DNA from: Acidobacteriota bacterium
GTDB taxonomy: Bacteria > Bacteroidota > Ignavibacteria > UBA10030 > UBA8401
NCBI GenBank assembly: GCA_050258555.1
Contig: JBLMZA010000046.1
Span: 7,855-71,854 of the forward strand
DNA: 64,000 nt
Reading direction: 5' to 3'
The position numbers were made by a program, and so were the translations under genes. Of the stretch, positions 17,805-29,471 are shown piece by piece. The first letter of the stretch is position 1, and every line of letters begins with the position of its first letter. A model generated the notes under the pieces. That model did not search any database. It worked only from the letters and a program-made list of their open reading frames with translations, and had not been told where the DNA came from.

Positions 17805-19292
17805 TTGGAGATCAACATGAAATCAACGACACTTGCGTTCTATGCGGCCGTGGTCTTTGCCGTTGCCGTGCTCGGCGGCTGTTCGGAATCCGCTCCGAGC
17901 GGCCCCGACAAGAGCCTCGGCGGCGCGACGGTGACGAAATACGTCGCGATCGGCAACAGCCTCACCGCCGGTTATCAATCCAATGCCCTCTACGCTTCGG
18001 CGCAGGCATACAGCTATCCGAATCTCATCGCCTCGCAGTTGAAGGAAGCCGGCGCGCCGCTCGGCTCGTTCGAACAGCCGCTGTATTCCGATCCCGGCAC
18101 GCCCGATCCGGCCACCGGCAAGGCCGCGCGCTATGAGATCATCAGCCTTTCGGGTCCGGTGATCGGTCCGAAGGGACTCGCCCCCGGCTCCCCGCTCAAT
18201 GCCACGCTCGCCCGTCCGTACGACAACCTCGGCATTCCGGGCATCGTCATCGCGAGCTTCACCGATGAGACGAACTTCACGAAGAATCCGCTCGTCGATC
18301 TCGTGCTTCGCAGCGCGGGCGGTTTCCCGAAAAGCATTTACGGGCACGTGCAGGCGCTTGCCGCCAACCCGGCGACCAAGCCCGATCTCGTGACGTTCTG
18401 GCTCGGCAACAACGACGTGCTCGGCTTTGCAACGAGCGGCGGTGCTTCTCCGGCCGCGCCGACGGCGACAGCCACATTCACGGCGCTCTACAACGACGCG
18501 CTGGCGAAGCTCCGCGCGACGCTTCCCCAGGCGAAGATCATGGTGGCCACGATTCCCGATGTCCGCGCCATTCCCTTCTTCTCGACCGTGGGACCGAAGA
18601 TGGCCGCCGGCATCGCCGCCGCCAAGGCGCTCAATCCGACGATCCAGGGACTCTTCTACCAGAAGCACACGGAAACCGGCGTGGCATCGGGACTGACGAA
18701 CCTCAATCAGCCGAACGATGTGATGATCACGCTCACCGGCATGGCCTATGCCGGATTGCTCGGAAAGCCGACGGGACAGTGGTACAAAGATAAAAAATAT
18801 CCTGCGCTGCCGGCCGGCATCGATACGACGAAGCCCTTCGGATTCCATCCGCAGAACCCCTGGCCGAATGCGCTCGTGCTCGATGAATCGGAACAGCTGA
18901 CGGCGGGAACGGCCGTGGCGGAATTCAATGCGGCGATCAAGGCTGCCGCCGCGGCGAACAATGCGGCGGTGGTGGACATCAACGCTTTCTTCAACGACAT
19001 TCGCATGAACGGCATCACGTTCGCCGGAGAGAAATATTCGACGGCGTACGTCTCGGGCGGACTCTTCAGCCTGGATGGCGTGCATCCTTCGTCGAAAGGC
19101 GCCGCGATCGTGGCCAACGAATTCATCCGCGTGATGAATGCGTCGTTCGGCATGAATGTCGGGTACTACGACGTGTCGAAGGCGCCCGGCATTCCGGCGC
19201 CTCTCGCGAAGTTCGCACCGAACGCTCCATTGCCGACCATTTCCTTTGAAGCGATGAAGAGCCTCGTTACGATGATGGGCGGCAGATTGTAA
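17805..19292 (+). CDS. SGNH/GDSL-family hydrolase lipoprotein (lipase/esterase-like).
   Basis: The lipobox is VLGGC. The GDSL-like block YVAIGNSLTAGYQS is followed by a distal GVHPSSKG catalytic His region. It starts 8 nt after fadL. Confidence 0.6.
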   Translation: MEINMKSTTLAFYAAVVFAVAVLGGCSESAPSGPDKSLGGATVTKYVAIGNSLTAGYQSNALYASAQAYSYPNLIASQLKEAGAPLGSFEQPLYSDPGTPDPATGKAARYEIISLSGPVIGPKGLAPGSPLNATLARPYDNLGIPGIVIASFTDETNFTKNPLVDLVLRSAGGFPKSIYGHVQALAANPATKPDLVTFWLGNNDVLGFATSGGASPAAPTATATFTALYNDALAKLRATLPQAKIMVATIPDVRAIPFFSTVGPKMAAGIAAAKALNPTIQGLFYQKHTETGVASGLTNLNQPNDVMITLTGMAYAGLLGKPTGQWYKDKKYPALPAGIDTTKPFGFHPQNPWPNALVLDESEQLTAGTAVAEFNAAIKAAAAANNAAVVDINAFFNDIRMNGITFAGEKYSTAYVSGGLFSLDGVHPSSKGAAIVANEFIRVMNASFGMNVGYYDVSKAPGIPAPLAKFAPNAPLPTISFEAMKSLVTMMGGRL

Positions 19293-19319
19293 CGCGCTCA
19301 GATAGTCGATAAAACAAAG

Positions 19320-19359
19320 CCCCCGGTCTCCGCTCGTTGCGTGAGCGCCGGGGGCTTTT
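19320..19359. terminator. Bidirectional rho-independent terminator between convergent genes.
   Basis: GCCCCGG...CCGGGGGC is a two-tier GC stem followed by TTTTC on the plus strand. It is preceded by AAAACAAA, which gives a T-run on the minus strand. It lies between the stop codons at 19292 (+) and 19379 (-). Confidence 0.55.
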
Positions 19360-19378
19360 CATTGTAATGAAGAAAATG

Positions 19379-20179
19379 CTATCTTTTTTTCCAGAGCACA
19401 TCGGACGGCATCACATCCTCTCCTTCGAGCAGGCGCCGGCCGAATTCCCTGCCGAGCCGGTTCGCCATCTGATCGCGTTCGTCGTTCGCTCCCCCGGCCA
19501 CGAACGCCGCTTCTCCCTCCTCCACGAAGTCGCCCAGAAGCGTCGCGATCGCCGATGAATTGGTGAAATACCGGACGAACGCCGATCCGAAGAAATGCTG
19601 CAGCTTGTCGCGGTCCGTGCCGGCGCGCCCGATGCTGTCCTGAAGAATGTGCCCCGGCAGATTCTCATGCCGCACACGGAACGTGGAATCCGATTCGGTG
19701 GTCAGCGGAAGGTTCAGCACACCGAAGAATGGAATGCGCAGTCCGAGGCGGAAATGATCCATCGCGCCGAACATCGCAACCAGAAGCGCGTGCCGGATAT
19801 CGCCGTCGGCGATTTCCATGGCCTTCATGAAGATGGCATCGGCGGCAATGGTGTCGTTGCACAGGCGCCGCAGAGCGCGGAAGCGCGGATCCCTGAGATA
19901 GCGCTTGAGACTGATCTGATCGCGCACAAGCGGAGGAAGCAGGCTTGCCGGATCGATGAACGCATCGCCATCGCTGTCGTAGAGAAGTCCGGAAACGGAA
20001 AGATCGGACGCGCGGCAGGAGTCGGAGCGCGGATGTGTCGGAGGCGCCGCCCCCAGGCTTCCTGCGGGAACGAGCAGCAGGAGGATTGCGGAAAAAAACA
20101 GGCTGCAGCAGACACTGGTCCTGCTGCAGCCGTATGATCGGTGCACTCCGCGCGCAGCCGGTGCCGGCATGGCGCTCAC
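19379..20179 (-). CDS. Hypothetical secreted protein.
   Basis: It has a hydrophobic N-terminal segment (SLFFSAILLLLVPAGSLGAAP), no recognisable catalytic motif, and normal composition for this genome. It is the last gene of a long minus-strand gene run. Confidence 0.35.
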   Translation of the reverse strand: MSAMPAPAARGVHRSYGCSRTSVCCSLFFSAILLLLVPAGSLGAAPPTHPRSDSCRASDLSVSGLLYDSDGDAFIDPASLLPPLVRDQISLKRYLRDPRFRALRRLCNDTIAADAIFMKAMEIADGDIRHALLVAMFGAMDHFRLGLRIPFFGVLNLPLTTESDSTFRVRHENLPGHILQDSIGRAGTDRDKLQHFFGSAFVRYFTNSSAIATLLGDFVEEGEAAFVAGGANDERDQMANRLGREFGRRLLEGEDVMPSDVLWKKR

Positions 20180-20182
20180 ACG

Positions 20183-21130
20183 TCAGCTCGTGAAATGTTT
20201 GAGCAGCATATCGGCCAGTTCGTACGGCGTCTGCTCGAGCGCCATCACGGGAGCGAGTTCCGAATCGAGCATCGATGTGCGTTCCGGATTCCAGAAGTTG
20301 ACATGCAGCTGATTGCGCACAATTTCCTCGACGCGCGTCTTCATCTTCAGCCGGCGGCGTTCGGCGAACGTGCCGTGGCGTTCCATATGCTCGCGGTGCT
20401 TTGCAATCATTGCGGCGATCTCGGCAATGCCCTGCCCCTCGCTCGCCACCGCCTGAAGAATGTCGGGCAGCCACGACGTCTCATCGTGCGGACGCATGCC
20501 GAGCGTCATCTTGATGGTGATGACTGCCTGGTTTGCGCCGGGACGGTCCGCTTTGTTCAGCACGAAGAAGTCGGCGATCTCCATCAGTCCCGCCTTCATC
20601 GCCTGGATGCCGTCGCCCGATTCGGGCACGAGCACGACGACGGTCGTATCGGCCGCAGCGGCGATATCGAGCTCCGATTGACCGACGCCGACGGTTTCAT
20701 AGAGAATGATGTCCGTGCCGCTCGCATCGAGAATGTCGGCGCATTCGCGCGTTTTCTTCGAGAGCCCGCCCAGGCTGCCGCGCGAGGCCATGCTGCGGAT
20801 GAAGACGCCGTCGTCCATCTCCACATCGGTCATCCGTACGCGGTCGCCCAGCAGCGCGCCGCCGGTGAACGGGCTCGTCGGGTCGATGGCGATGATGCCG
20901 ACGCGCAGATTCTGCGTCCGGAAATGGGCGGCAAGCTTGTTCGTCAGCGTGCTCTTGCCCGCACCCGGAGGACCGGTGATGCCGATGCGGTATGCGCTGC
21001 CGGTGTGCTTGTAGATGGTGGAAAGTATTTCGGGGGCGAGCTCATCGTCGTTTTCGACGAGCGTGATCGCCCGCGCAATGGAGCGTCTGTCGCCTTTCAG
21101 TAATAGGTCGAGTGAAATATTCTTTTTCAT
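20183..21130 (-). CDS. meaB: Methylmalonyl-CoA mutase-associated GTPase (MeaB/ArgK family).
   Basis: The P-loop is GITGPPGAGKSTLTNKL and the G-motifs include ETVGVGQSE and VLNKAD. The length and order match MeaB. Confidence 0.85.
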   Translation of the reverse strand: MKKNISLDLLLKGDRRSIARAITLVENDDELAPEILSTIYKHTGSAYRIGITGPPGAGKSTLTNKLAAHFRTQNLRVGIIAIDPTSPFTGGALLGDRVRMTDVEMDDGVFIRSMASRGSLGGLSKKTRECADILDASGTDIILYETVGVGQSELDIAAAADTTVVVLVPESGDGIQAMKAGLMEIADFFVLNKADRPGANQAVITIKMTLGMRPHDETSWLPDILQAVASEGQGIAEIAAMIAKHREHMERHGTFAERRRLKMKTRVEEIVRNQLHVNFWNPERTSMLDSELAPVMALEQTPYELADMLLKHFTS

Positions 21131-22050
21131 GAATGTTTGGTTTTGAAGAATTCAACGGTCCGCCGCAGCCCCTCTTCGATCAAAATGGTCGGCTCCCATC
21201 CCAGGACCTCTTTCGCTTTGCGCGCAGTGATCACGCTGCGCATCTGCTCTCCGGCTTTGGCGGGCGCATGGACCTCTTCGGCGTTCGATCCGATCAGCAC
21301 GCGGATGTAGTGAAAGAGCTGGTTCACATCCGTCTCGACGGCCGTACCGATGTTGAAGATGTCCGATTTCGGATAGGTGAGCGCAAGCACGTTGGCCCGC
21401 ACCACATCGCCCACGAACACGTAATCGCGCGTCTGCTTTCCGTCGCCGTTGATCACCGGCTGTTCGCCCTTGAGCATCCTGCTGGCGAAGATGGCGACCA
21501 CGCCCGCTTCGCCGTGCGGATTCTGGCGCGGGCCGTAGATGTTCGCATAGCGCAGGATGACATAATCGATTCCGTGCACGGCCTTATAGAAGAACAGGTA
21601 CTTCTCCGTGCAGAGTTTCGTGATGCCGTAGGGAGACAGCGGCTGCGTCGCATGCTGCTCATCGGCCGGGAAGTAATCCTGTTCGCCGTAGATGGCGCCG
21701 CCGGTCGATGCGAAGATCACTTTCTTCACCTTGTATTTCACGGCGAACTCCATCATATTCAGCATGCCGAGGATGTTCACCGAGGCGTCGAATTTCGGAT
21801 CGGCGACGCTCTTGCGCACATCCATCTGCGCGGCGTGATGGCAGATCACATCGATCGCGTGATGTTGGAAGATCGTTTCGAGCTCGGGCGACTGAATGTC
21901 CATCTCATAAAAGACCGCCTTGGGATTGATGTTCTCCCGGCGTCCGCTCGAGAGATTGTCCACGATAACGACGTTGTGTCCTTCCGCGATGAATGCATCG
22001 GAAATGTTCGATGCGATGAATCCGGCTCCGCCTGTGACGAGTATGTTCAT
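21127..22050 (-). CDS. NAD-dependent epimerase/dehydratase (GalE-like UDP-sugar 4-epimerase).
   Basis: MNILVTGGAGFIASN is the Rossmann GxxGxxG. The SDR catalytic YxxxK is in PYGITKLCTEK. It overlaps meaB by 4 nt. The track ORF's long Arg-rich N-terminal extension was discarded. Confidence 0.85.
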   Translation of the reverse strand: MNILVTGGAGFIASNISDAFIAEGHNVVIVDNLSSGRRENINPKAVFYEMDIQSPELETIFQHHAIDVICHHAAQMDVRKSVADPKFDASVNILGMLNMMEFAVKYKVKKVIFASTGGAIYGEQDYFPADEQHATQPLSPYGITKLCTEKYLFFYKAVHGIDYVILRYANIYGPRQNPHGEAGVVAIFASRMLKGEQPVINGDGKQTRDYVFVGDVVRANVLALTYPKSDIFNIGTAVETDVNQLFHYIRVLIGSNAEEVHAPAKAGEQMRSVITARKAKEVLGWEPTILIEEGLRRTVEFFKTKHS

Positions 22051-22094
22051 AGTCGTATGAGAATGATTGATGGTTGATGGAACAACGGTGATTG

Positions 22095-23381
22095 TCAGTG
22101 ATGAGCCAGGCCCTTCCGGCCGATATCGCTCCGGTAGTACGCGCCGTCGAACGCGATTTTCTTCACGGCCGAGTACGCCGAGGCGATCGTTTCCGCAAGC
22201 TCGTGTCCGTAGCCGATGGCCGTCACGCCGAGCACGCGGCCTCCCCATGTCACGATGCGGCCGGCATCGTTCTTTGTGCCCGCATGAAACGCGATCACGC
22301 CGTCCTCGGCATTGATGCTCTCGAGGCCGCGGATCTCTTTGCCCTTTTCGTAGGCATCCGGATAGCCGCCCGAGGCGAGCACGACGCAGACGGCAGCGGC
22401 GTTATGCGAGCGGATGGAAAGCGCATGGGCGCTTCGCGTGGCGCATGCGGCCATGATCTCGGCCAGATCGCCGTCGATAAGCGGAAGGACGACCTGGGCT
22501 TCGGGATCTCCGAGACGGCAGTTGAATTCGACGACTTTCGGCCCTGCGGCGGTGATCATGATGCCGACGTAGAGACAGCCGCGGTAGGGCCTGCCTTCCT
22601 TGCGCATTCCTTCGAGCACCGGTTCGATGATTTCCCGCTTCACCCGCTCGATGACATCGGGCGATGCCACGCGCGCCGGCGCAAAGGCTCCCATGCCGCC
22701 CGTGTTCTTTCCCCGATCGCCGTCGAAGATCTGCTTGTGGTCCTGCGCCGGCTCCAGCAGCGCATATTGCGTGCCGTCTGTGAAGACGAAGACCGAGGCC
22801 TCTTCGCCCGTCATGAATTCCTCGACGACGATGCTGCTTCCGGCCTCGCCCAGCACATTGCCCCCGAAGAATTCCTCGATCACCTGGAGCGCCTCGCCGG
22901 CGGTGCGGCAGACGACGGCGCCCTTTCCTGCGGCGAGTCCGTCGGCCTTCAGCACGATGGGCATCGTCTGCGACACGATGTAGCGCTTCGCATCCTCTTC
23001 ATGCGCACGATCGAAGGTCTCGTAGGCGGCAGTGGGAATGCCGTGACGCTTCATGAAGTGCTTTGCAAACACCTTGCTCCCTTCCAGCGCCGAAGCGGCT
23101 TTCGACGGCCCGAAGATGGCGAGTCCGCCGGCCTCAAAGAGGTCGACGATGCCCTTCACCAGCGGCACTTCGGGACCCACGACCGTAAGATCGATCTTCT
23201 GCGTCCGGGCGAACTGATAGAGCTGATCGAGATCGTCGGCAGCGATGGGGACGCATTCAGCCAATTGCGCGATGCCGGGATTGCCGGGCGCACAGTAGAG
23301 CCTGTTGATGCGGGGACTTTGTTTCAGTTTCCAGACAAGGGCATGTTCGCGGCCGCCTGCGCCGATCACCAGCACATTCAT
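22095..23381 (-). CDS. purD: Phosphoribosylamine-glycine ligase.
   Basis: MNVLVIGAGGREHALVWKL and the ATP-grasp core (VVLKADGLAAGKGV, VVEEFMTGEEASV) are canonical PurD. Confidence 0.9.
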   Translation of the reverse strand: MNVLVIGAGGREHALVWKLKQSPRINRLYCAPGNPGIAQLAECVPIAADDLDQLYQFARTQKIDLTVVGPEVPLVKGIVDLFEAGGLAIFGPSKAASALEGSKVFAKHFMKRHGIPTAAYETFDRAHEEDAKRYIVSQTMPIVLKADGLAAGKGAVVCRTAGEALQVIEEFFGGNVLGEAGSSIVVEEFMTGEEASVFVFTDGTQYALLEPAQDHKQIFDGDRGKNTGGMGAFAPARVASPDVIERVKREIIEPVLEGMRKEGRPYRGCLYVGIMITAAGPKVVEFNCRLGDPEAQVVLPLIDGDLAEIMAACATRSAHALSIRSHNAAAVCVVLASGGYPDAYEKGKEIRGLESINAEDGVIAFHAGTKNDAGRIVTWGGRVLGVTAIGYGHELAETIASAYSAVKKIAFDGAYYRSDIGRKGLAHH

Positions 23382-23386
23382 GATTC

Positions 23387-24649
23387 TCAGTCCACAAGAT
23401 TGATGAAGATTTTTGCGAGGTCTCCGGTGAGCGCCGCGCGGTTGTATTTGTGTATCACGGCATCGTCGGCGCCGCGAAGGGTTTTGTTTCTGTAATCGGT
23501 GTAGAGCGTCTCGATCGCTTCGGCGATCGCGGGGATGTCTTTCGGATCGACGCAGATGCCGTTCGCCTCTTCGATCGTCTGGCGCATGAAGCCTTCGGGC
23601 ACGCAGCCGAGAATCTTCTTGCCCGTTCCGATATATTCATAGATCTTGCCGGGAGAGCTTTTGTCGTCGATCATCTTCACCCACAGCACGTCGGAGGCGA
23701 GAAGGTATTTCACGCATTGCCGGTGATCGAGATACCCGAGCGCATTCACCGCTTCGGTCAATCCGAGACGGTTGACGGTCCGGCCGTACTCGGCCGAGAA
23801 GGTGCCGACGAAGCACGCTTCGATCTTGTCGTGCCAGTCGGGATGCCGCTTGAAGACCTGAGCGAGCGCCTCGAGAAAATAATTCGGGTTCCTGTCCTCG
23901 TAGAACGTGCCCGAATAGGTGATGCGCATCTTCTCGGTGGCCGGCAGCGGGATGCCGTCGGTGATCTGCATATCCTCCGGATCGAATCCCTGCGAGATGA
24001 TGGTGATATCGTTGTATGTCAGGAACTTGTAGCGTCGCAGGATCATCTCTTTCACGCGCCGGCTCGCCGTCACGATGGCATCGGCCGAGCGCAGCACGCC
24101 GCGCTCGAGCCGGTAGTTGTAGAACTTATGGATGGGCGTGGGATAAAACTTGAACGGATAATCGACCCACGCGTCGCGGTAGTCGATGACCAGGGGGATC
24201 TTGAACTTTTCCTTGAGCGCCTTGCCGATCAGAAACGCGGTCTGCGGAGGAGCGGTGGCGAAGATGAGCTGATGGGGCTCTTCCTTCAGGAGCGCGGAGG
24301 CGGCCTTCACTGCCGCATGCTTCCATCCGATCTTGTTGTCGGGAATGAAGAACGTGTCGGAGATACGGCTCAGGAATTTCCGCATGCGCTCGGAGGGCAT
24401 CTTCACGACGCTTTTCCGGCGCAGCAGCCGGTTCGGATCGAGCGAATCGGCGCGCACGATGCGGATGTTTCTTGCTTCGAGCTCGCGCAGCATCGACTCG
24501 TCCTTGGCGTAATAGCCGGTGTGCGACACGGTCAGCACGGTGGGCTGCCAGCCGTACTGTTCGAGGTACTTGACGAACTTCACTGTACGCTGCACGCCGC
24601 TCAGTCCGAGCGGCGGGAAGTAATATGCGATGACTAACACTTTTCTCAT
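23387..24649 (-). CDS. Glycosyltransferase, GT4 (GT-B fold) family.
   Basis: MRKVLVIAYYFPPLGLSGVQR is an N-terminal GT4 signature. The C-terminal EX7E-like region is in EGFMRQTIEEANGICVDPKD. Confidence 0.75.
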   Translation of the reverse strand: MRKVLVIAYYFPPLGLSGVQRTVKFVKYLEQYGWQPTVLTVSHTGYYAKDESMLRELEARNIRIVRADSLDPNRLLRRKSVVKMPSERMRKFLSRISDTFFIPDNKIGWKHAAVKAASALLKEEPHQLIFATAPPQTAFLIGKALKEKFKIPLVIDYRDAWVDYPFKFYPTPIHKFYNYRLERGVLRSADAIVTASRRVKEMILRRYKFLTYNDITIISQGFDPEDMQITDGIPLPATEKMRITYSGTFYEDRNPNYFLEALAQVFKRHPDWHDKIEACFVGTFSAEYGRTVNRLGLTEAVNALGYLDHRQCVKYLLASDVLWVKMIDDKSSPGKIYEYIGTGKKILGCVPEGFMRQTIEEANGICVDPKDIPAIAEAIETLYTDYRNKTLRGADDAVIHKYNRAALTGDLAKIFINLVD

Positions 24650-24659
24650 TGTCGGAGGC

Positions 24660-25736
24660 TTACAGAATGATCAGTTCTTTAGGAGATGCGGTGATCACTT
24701 CGCATCCGCCGTTTCGGAGCACGACATCATCCTCGATGCGCACGCCGAACTGTCCGGACAGGTAGATGCCCGGTTCGATCGTGATGACCGCTCCTTCGGG
24801 GAGCGGCTGGTTGTTGGTCTTCGAGACTCTGGGCTCCTCATGGATCTGAAGTCCGATGCCATGGCCGAGCCCGTGAAGAAAATATTTTCCGTATCCATGC
24901 CGCGCAATCACGCGCCGCGCAGAGGCATCCAGCTGCCTGCCGGTGATGCCGGGACGCGCGGCACGGACGCCGGTCTTCTGCGCCTCGAGCACGGCGGCAT
25001 ACACCTTTTTCATTGCGGCCGAGGCGCGCCCGACGGCGATGGTGCGCGTCATATCCGAATGATAGCCGCGGAAGACGCATCCGAAATCGAGCGTGATGAA
25101 ATCGCCGGATGCGACCGCCCGCGCCGTGGGCCGGGCATGCGGAAGCGACGAATTCGGACCCGACGCCGCGATCACGTCGAAGGCGTCTTTTTCGGCGCCG
25201 TATCGGCGATGGCGGGATACGATTTCGGCGGCAATGTCGAGTTCGGTGATGCCGGGGCGGATAAGCGTGAGAAGATCGGTGAAAACGCGGTCCGATATGG
25301 CGGCTGCGGCGGCAAGATCCGCTATCTCCCCTTCATCCTTGCATGTCATGCACCGCTCGGCGATGAGCGATCCGGGCCGTATGGATGCTTCGCGCGCCTG
25401 GGCGCGCAGTTCGTCGATGAATTTATACGAACACACTTCCTCGTTGAAAACGATCGTGCCCAGCCCCTTGAACGCGCCGCCTTTGGCCGCCGCCTCGATG
25501 AGGCTGCCGCGCACGACCGTGCGGCGGAATGCAGGCACCTCGCTCGCGCTTTGCTCCTTGTACCGGAAATCCGTAAAGAACAGCGCCGAGCGCTGCGTGA
25601 TGACGATCATGCCGTTCGAGCCGGAAAAGCCCGCGAAGTAGCGCAGGTGCGGACCGAAGGCGCTGATGAATGCATCGGCCTGCGCCTCGCGCAGCAGCGC
25701 GCGTAGGCGCCCGATGCGGCCGGTATGGAGTTCCAT
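24660..25736 (-). CDS. pepP: Xaa-Pro aminopeptidase / M24-family metallopeptidase.
   Basis: The metal-binding blocks DFGCVFRGYHSDMTRT and HGLGHGIGLQIHEEP, plus IEPGIY, match the M24B pita-bread fold. Confidence 0.8.
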   Translation of the reverse strand: MELHTGRIGRLRALLREAQADAFISAFGPHLRYFAGFSGSNGMIVITQRSALFFTDFRYKEQSASEVPAFRRTVVRGSLIEAAAKGGAFKGLGTIVFNEEVCSYKFIDELRAQAREASIRPGSLIAERCMTCKDEGEIADLAAAAAISDRVFTDLLTLIRPGITELDIAAEIVSRHRRYGAEKDAFDVIAASGPNSSLPHARPTARAVASGDFITLDFGCVFRGYHSDMTRTIAVGRASAAMKKVYAAVLEAQKTGVRAARPGITGRQLDASARRVIARHGYGKYFLHGLGHGIGLQIHEEPRVSKTNNQPLPEGAVITIEPGIYLSGQFGVRIEDDVVLRNGGCEVITASPKELIIL

Positions 25737-25737
25737 G

Positions 25738-27201
25738 TTATCCGTGATAGTTCGGCGCTTCCTTCGTGATGAGAATATCATGCGGATGACTTTCGCGCAG
25801 CCCCGCGTCGCTCATGCGCACGAATTTCGCTCTGCTCTGCATCGTGGCAATCGTCTCGGCGCCCACATATCCCATGGCCGCGCGGAGGCCGCCCACCATC
25901 TGATAGACCGTCGCGCTCAGTTCGCCCTTGAACGGAACGCGTCCTTCAATGCCTTCGGGCACGAGCTTCTGAATGTCATCTTCCGCATCCTGGAAGTAGC
26001 GGTCCTTGCTTCCTTCCTTCATCGCATCGAGCGATCCCATGCCGCGGTAGATCTTGTATGTTCTTCCTTCATACAGCACTTTTTCGCCGGGACTCTCCTG
26101 CAGTCCCGCGAAGAGACCGCCGATCATGATGCAATCGGCGCCGGCCGCGACCGCCTTGGCGATGTCGCCGGTCTGCTTGATGCCGCCGTCGGCGATCACC
26201 GGAATCTTGAAACGGCGCGCCGCCTGGGCGCACTCCATGATCGCCGTCACCTGCGGAACGCCCACGCCCGCCACCACGCGCGTCGTGCAGATCGATCCGG
26301 GACCGATGCCGACTTTGATCGCATCGGCGCCGGCCTTGATCAGATCGAGCGCCGCCTCTTTCGTCGCAATGTTGCCGGCGATCACTTCGGCCTGCGGGAA
26401 CTCCTTCTTCACGCGCGCGATCATCTCGAGCACGCCGCGCGAATGGCCGTGCGCCGTATCGATCACGAGCACATCGACGCCCGCCGACAAGAGCGCGCTC
26501 ACGCGCTCGAGCGTATCGGCCGTGACGCCGACCGCGGCGCCGACTCTCAGACGCCCGTGCTTGTCCTTGCACGCGTTGGGATAGCGCTTTTTCTTCTGAA
26601 TGTCCTTGACGGTGATCAGGCCGCGCAGCTTGCCGCTGCGGTCGACGACGGGAAGCTTTTCGATCTTGTGTTTCTGAAGGATGACCTCCGCCTCTTCAAG
26701 CGTGGTGCCGACGGGCGCGGTGATCAGGTTGTTCGAGGTCATGACTTCGGCGATCTTCAGATGCCGGTTGGGCTGGAAGCGCAGATCGCGATTGGTGAGG
26801 ATGCCGACGAGCTTTTCCTGCTCGACGATCGGGATGCCCGAAATGCTGTACTTGGCCATCACATCGAGCACGTCTCCCACCGTGCGGTCGGCCGTGAGCG
26901 TGATCGGATTGAGGATCATGCCGCTTTCCGAACGCTTCACCTTGTCCGCCTCTTCGGCCTGGCGGGATATGGACATGTTCTTGTGCAGAATGCCGATGCC
27001 GCCCTCGCGGGCGATGGCCACCGCCATTTCCGATTCGGTGACCGTATCCATGGCAGCCGAGAGCAGCGGAATATTGAGCGTGATGGACTTGGTGAGTTTC
27101 GTGCGGATGTCGACATCGCGCGGGAGTACTGAGGATTTTCCGGGCACAAGCAGCACATCGTCGTATGTGATGGCTTCGCCGATGATTTTCATGTTTTTCA
27201 T
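25738..27201 (-). CDS. guaB: IMP dehydrogenase.
   Basis: [23 protein letters not shown] is the N-terminus. A CBS pair is present. The catalytic [11 protein letters not shown] loop and [12 protein letters not shown] are canonical IMPDH. Confidence 0.9.
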   Translation of the reverse strand: MKNMKIIGEAITYDDVLLVPGKSSVLPRDVDIRTKLTKSITLNIPLLSAAMDTVTESEMAVAIAREGGIGILHKNMSISRQAEEADKVKRSESGMILNPITLTADRTVGDVLDVMAKYSISGIPIVEQEKLVGILTNRDLRFQPNRHLKIAEVMTSNNLITAPVGTTLEEAEVILQKHKIEKLPVVDRSGKLRGLITVKDIQKKKRYPNACKDKHGRLRVGAAVGVTADTLERVSALLSAGVDVLVIDTAHGHSRGVLEMIARVKKEFPQAEVIAGNIATKEAALDLIKAGADAIKVGIGPGSICTTRVVAGVGVPQVTAIMECAQAARRFKIPVIADGGIKQTGDIAKAVAAGADCIMIGGLFAGLQESPGEKVLYEGRTYKIYRGMGSLDAMKEGSKDRYFQDAEDDIQKLVPEGIEGRVPFKGELSATVYQMVGGLRAAMGYVGAETIATMQSRAKFVRMSDAGLRESHPHDILITKEAPNYHG

Positions 27202-27344
27202 GAGTCCGTCTCTCTGCATTGCAACAACCGGCCGTCCCTCTCTCTGCATCGCACTTCCGGCAAGAAAACACGAAAGGATGCTCGGGGCATCCTTCAGTGA
27301 CTCTTTCGTCGTTTCATCACAGCTCGATTGTCGGTTGTGAAAAA

Positions 27345-27369
27345 TTTGGTATGCTCACAGTATACCAAA
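27345..27369 (-). terminator. AT-rich inverted repeat TTTGGTAT-N9-ATACCAAA flanked by T-runs. It is a candidate terminator of the sigma-54 activator gene or an operator upstream of guaB.
   Basis: The 8 bp arms are perfect. On the minus strand the hairpin is followed by TTTTTCAC. It sits between the stop codon at 27431 and the guaB start at 27201. Confidence 0.3.
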
Positions 27370-27430
27370 AACGCGGCTTAAAATCAACGACTCTTGGAGA
27401 GGGAAAAACAATTCGGGGAATGAATTCCGG

Positions 27431-28801
<1,371 letters not shown>

Positions 28802-28848
28802 GATGTGTACGTCCCGATCCTCTTCGGTGCGACAATGTGAGGCGGGCG

Positions 28849-29220
28849 CTATTCTGCGGAAAGAACTCGTTCGATCGTCGTCAGTAAATCGACCAGATCG
28901 TACGGCTTGCTGACAAAGTCTTCGGCACCGAGCTTTTTCGACTCAATGGCATTCTTCAAATCGGCAAATCCCGTCAGCATGATCACCTTCGTGCTCGGAT
29001 AGCGCTGTTTGATGAAGCGCAGGACCTCGAAACCGTCGACGCGCGGCATCTTGATGTCGAGCAGCACCAGATCGAAGGATTTCTGCTGCAACACAGCAAT
29101 TGCGTCGTCTCCATCGGCCGCGGTATCGACTGTGTACCCTTCGCTCAGCAATTCAGTGCTCAGGACGCTTCGCAGCGCATCCTCGTCGTCGACAACCAGG
29201 ACAGTGAAATTTTGTGCCAT
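28849..29220 (-). CDS. Stand-alone CheY-like response-regulator receiver domain.
   Basis: It is 123 aa, with VLVVDDE, the phospho-Asp in LVLLDIKMP, and T/K motifs IMLTG...KP. Confidence 0.8.
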   Translation of the reverse strand: MAQNFTVLVVDDEDALRSVLSTELLSEGYTVDTAADGDDAIAVLQQKSFDLVLLDIKMPRVDGFEVLRFIKQRYPSTKVIMLTGFADLKNAIESKKLGAEDFVSKPYDLVDLLTTIERVLSAE

Positions 29221-29471
29221 TCAGTTTCCTCGTGTGAAGTGTGTAGATAGCTGGGGACAGCCAGGTGTCATGGCTCTAAAGTATAGGCAAACATCGCGTA
29301 AGAATCAATATGTTTTTTCCGGAACATCAACTTTTTCCCGGATCCGTGGGCACTCCGGCCGAGCCGGCACTTGCAATCGTGGCAAACAAATCGTACGTTT
29401 AATGAACTTTCACCCGCGCTCACGGCATGAATGCCGCAGGCGCTTCATTCGGAGTCCAAGCGCACTTGATT

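Noticed and set aside
29350-29382. A sigma-54 promoter-like string, CCGGCACTTGCAATCGTGGCA, in the divergent region of the REC cluster.
   Set aside because: The GG and GC elements are not 12 nt apart, and it fails the TGGCAC-N5-TTGCA spacing. Its presence next to an NtrC-type activator is probably coincidental.
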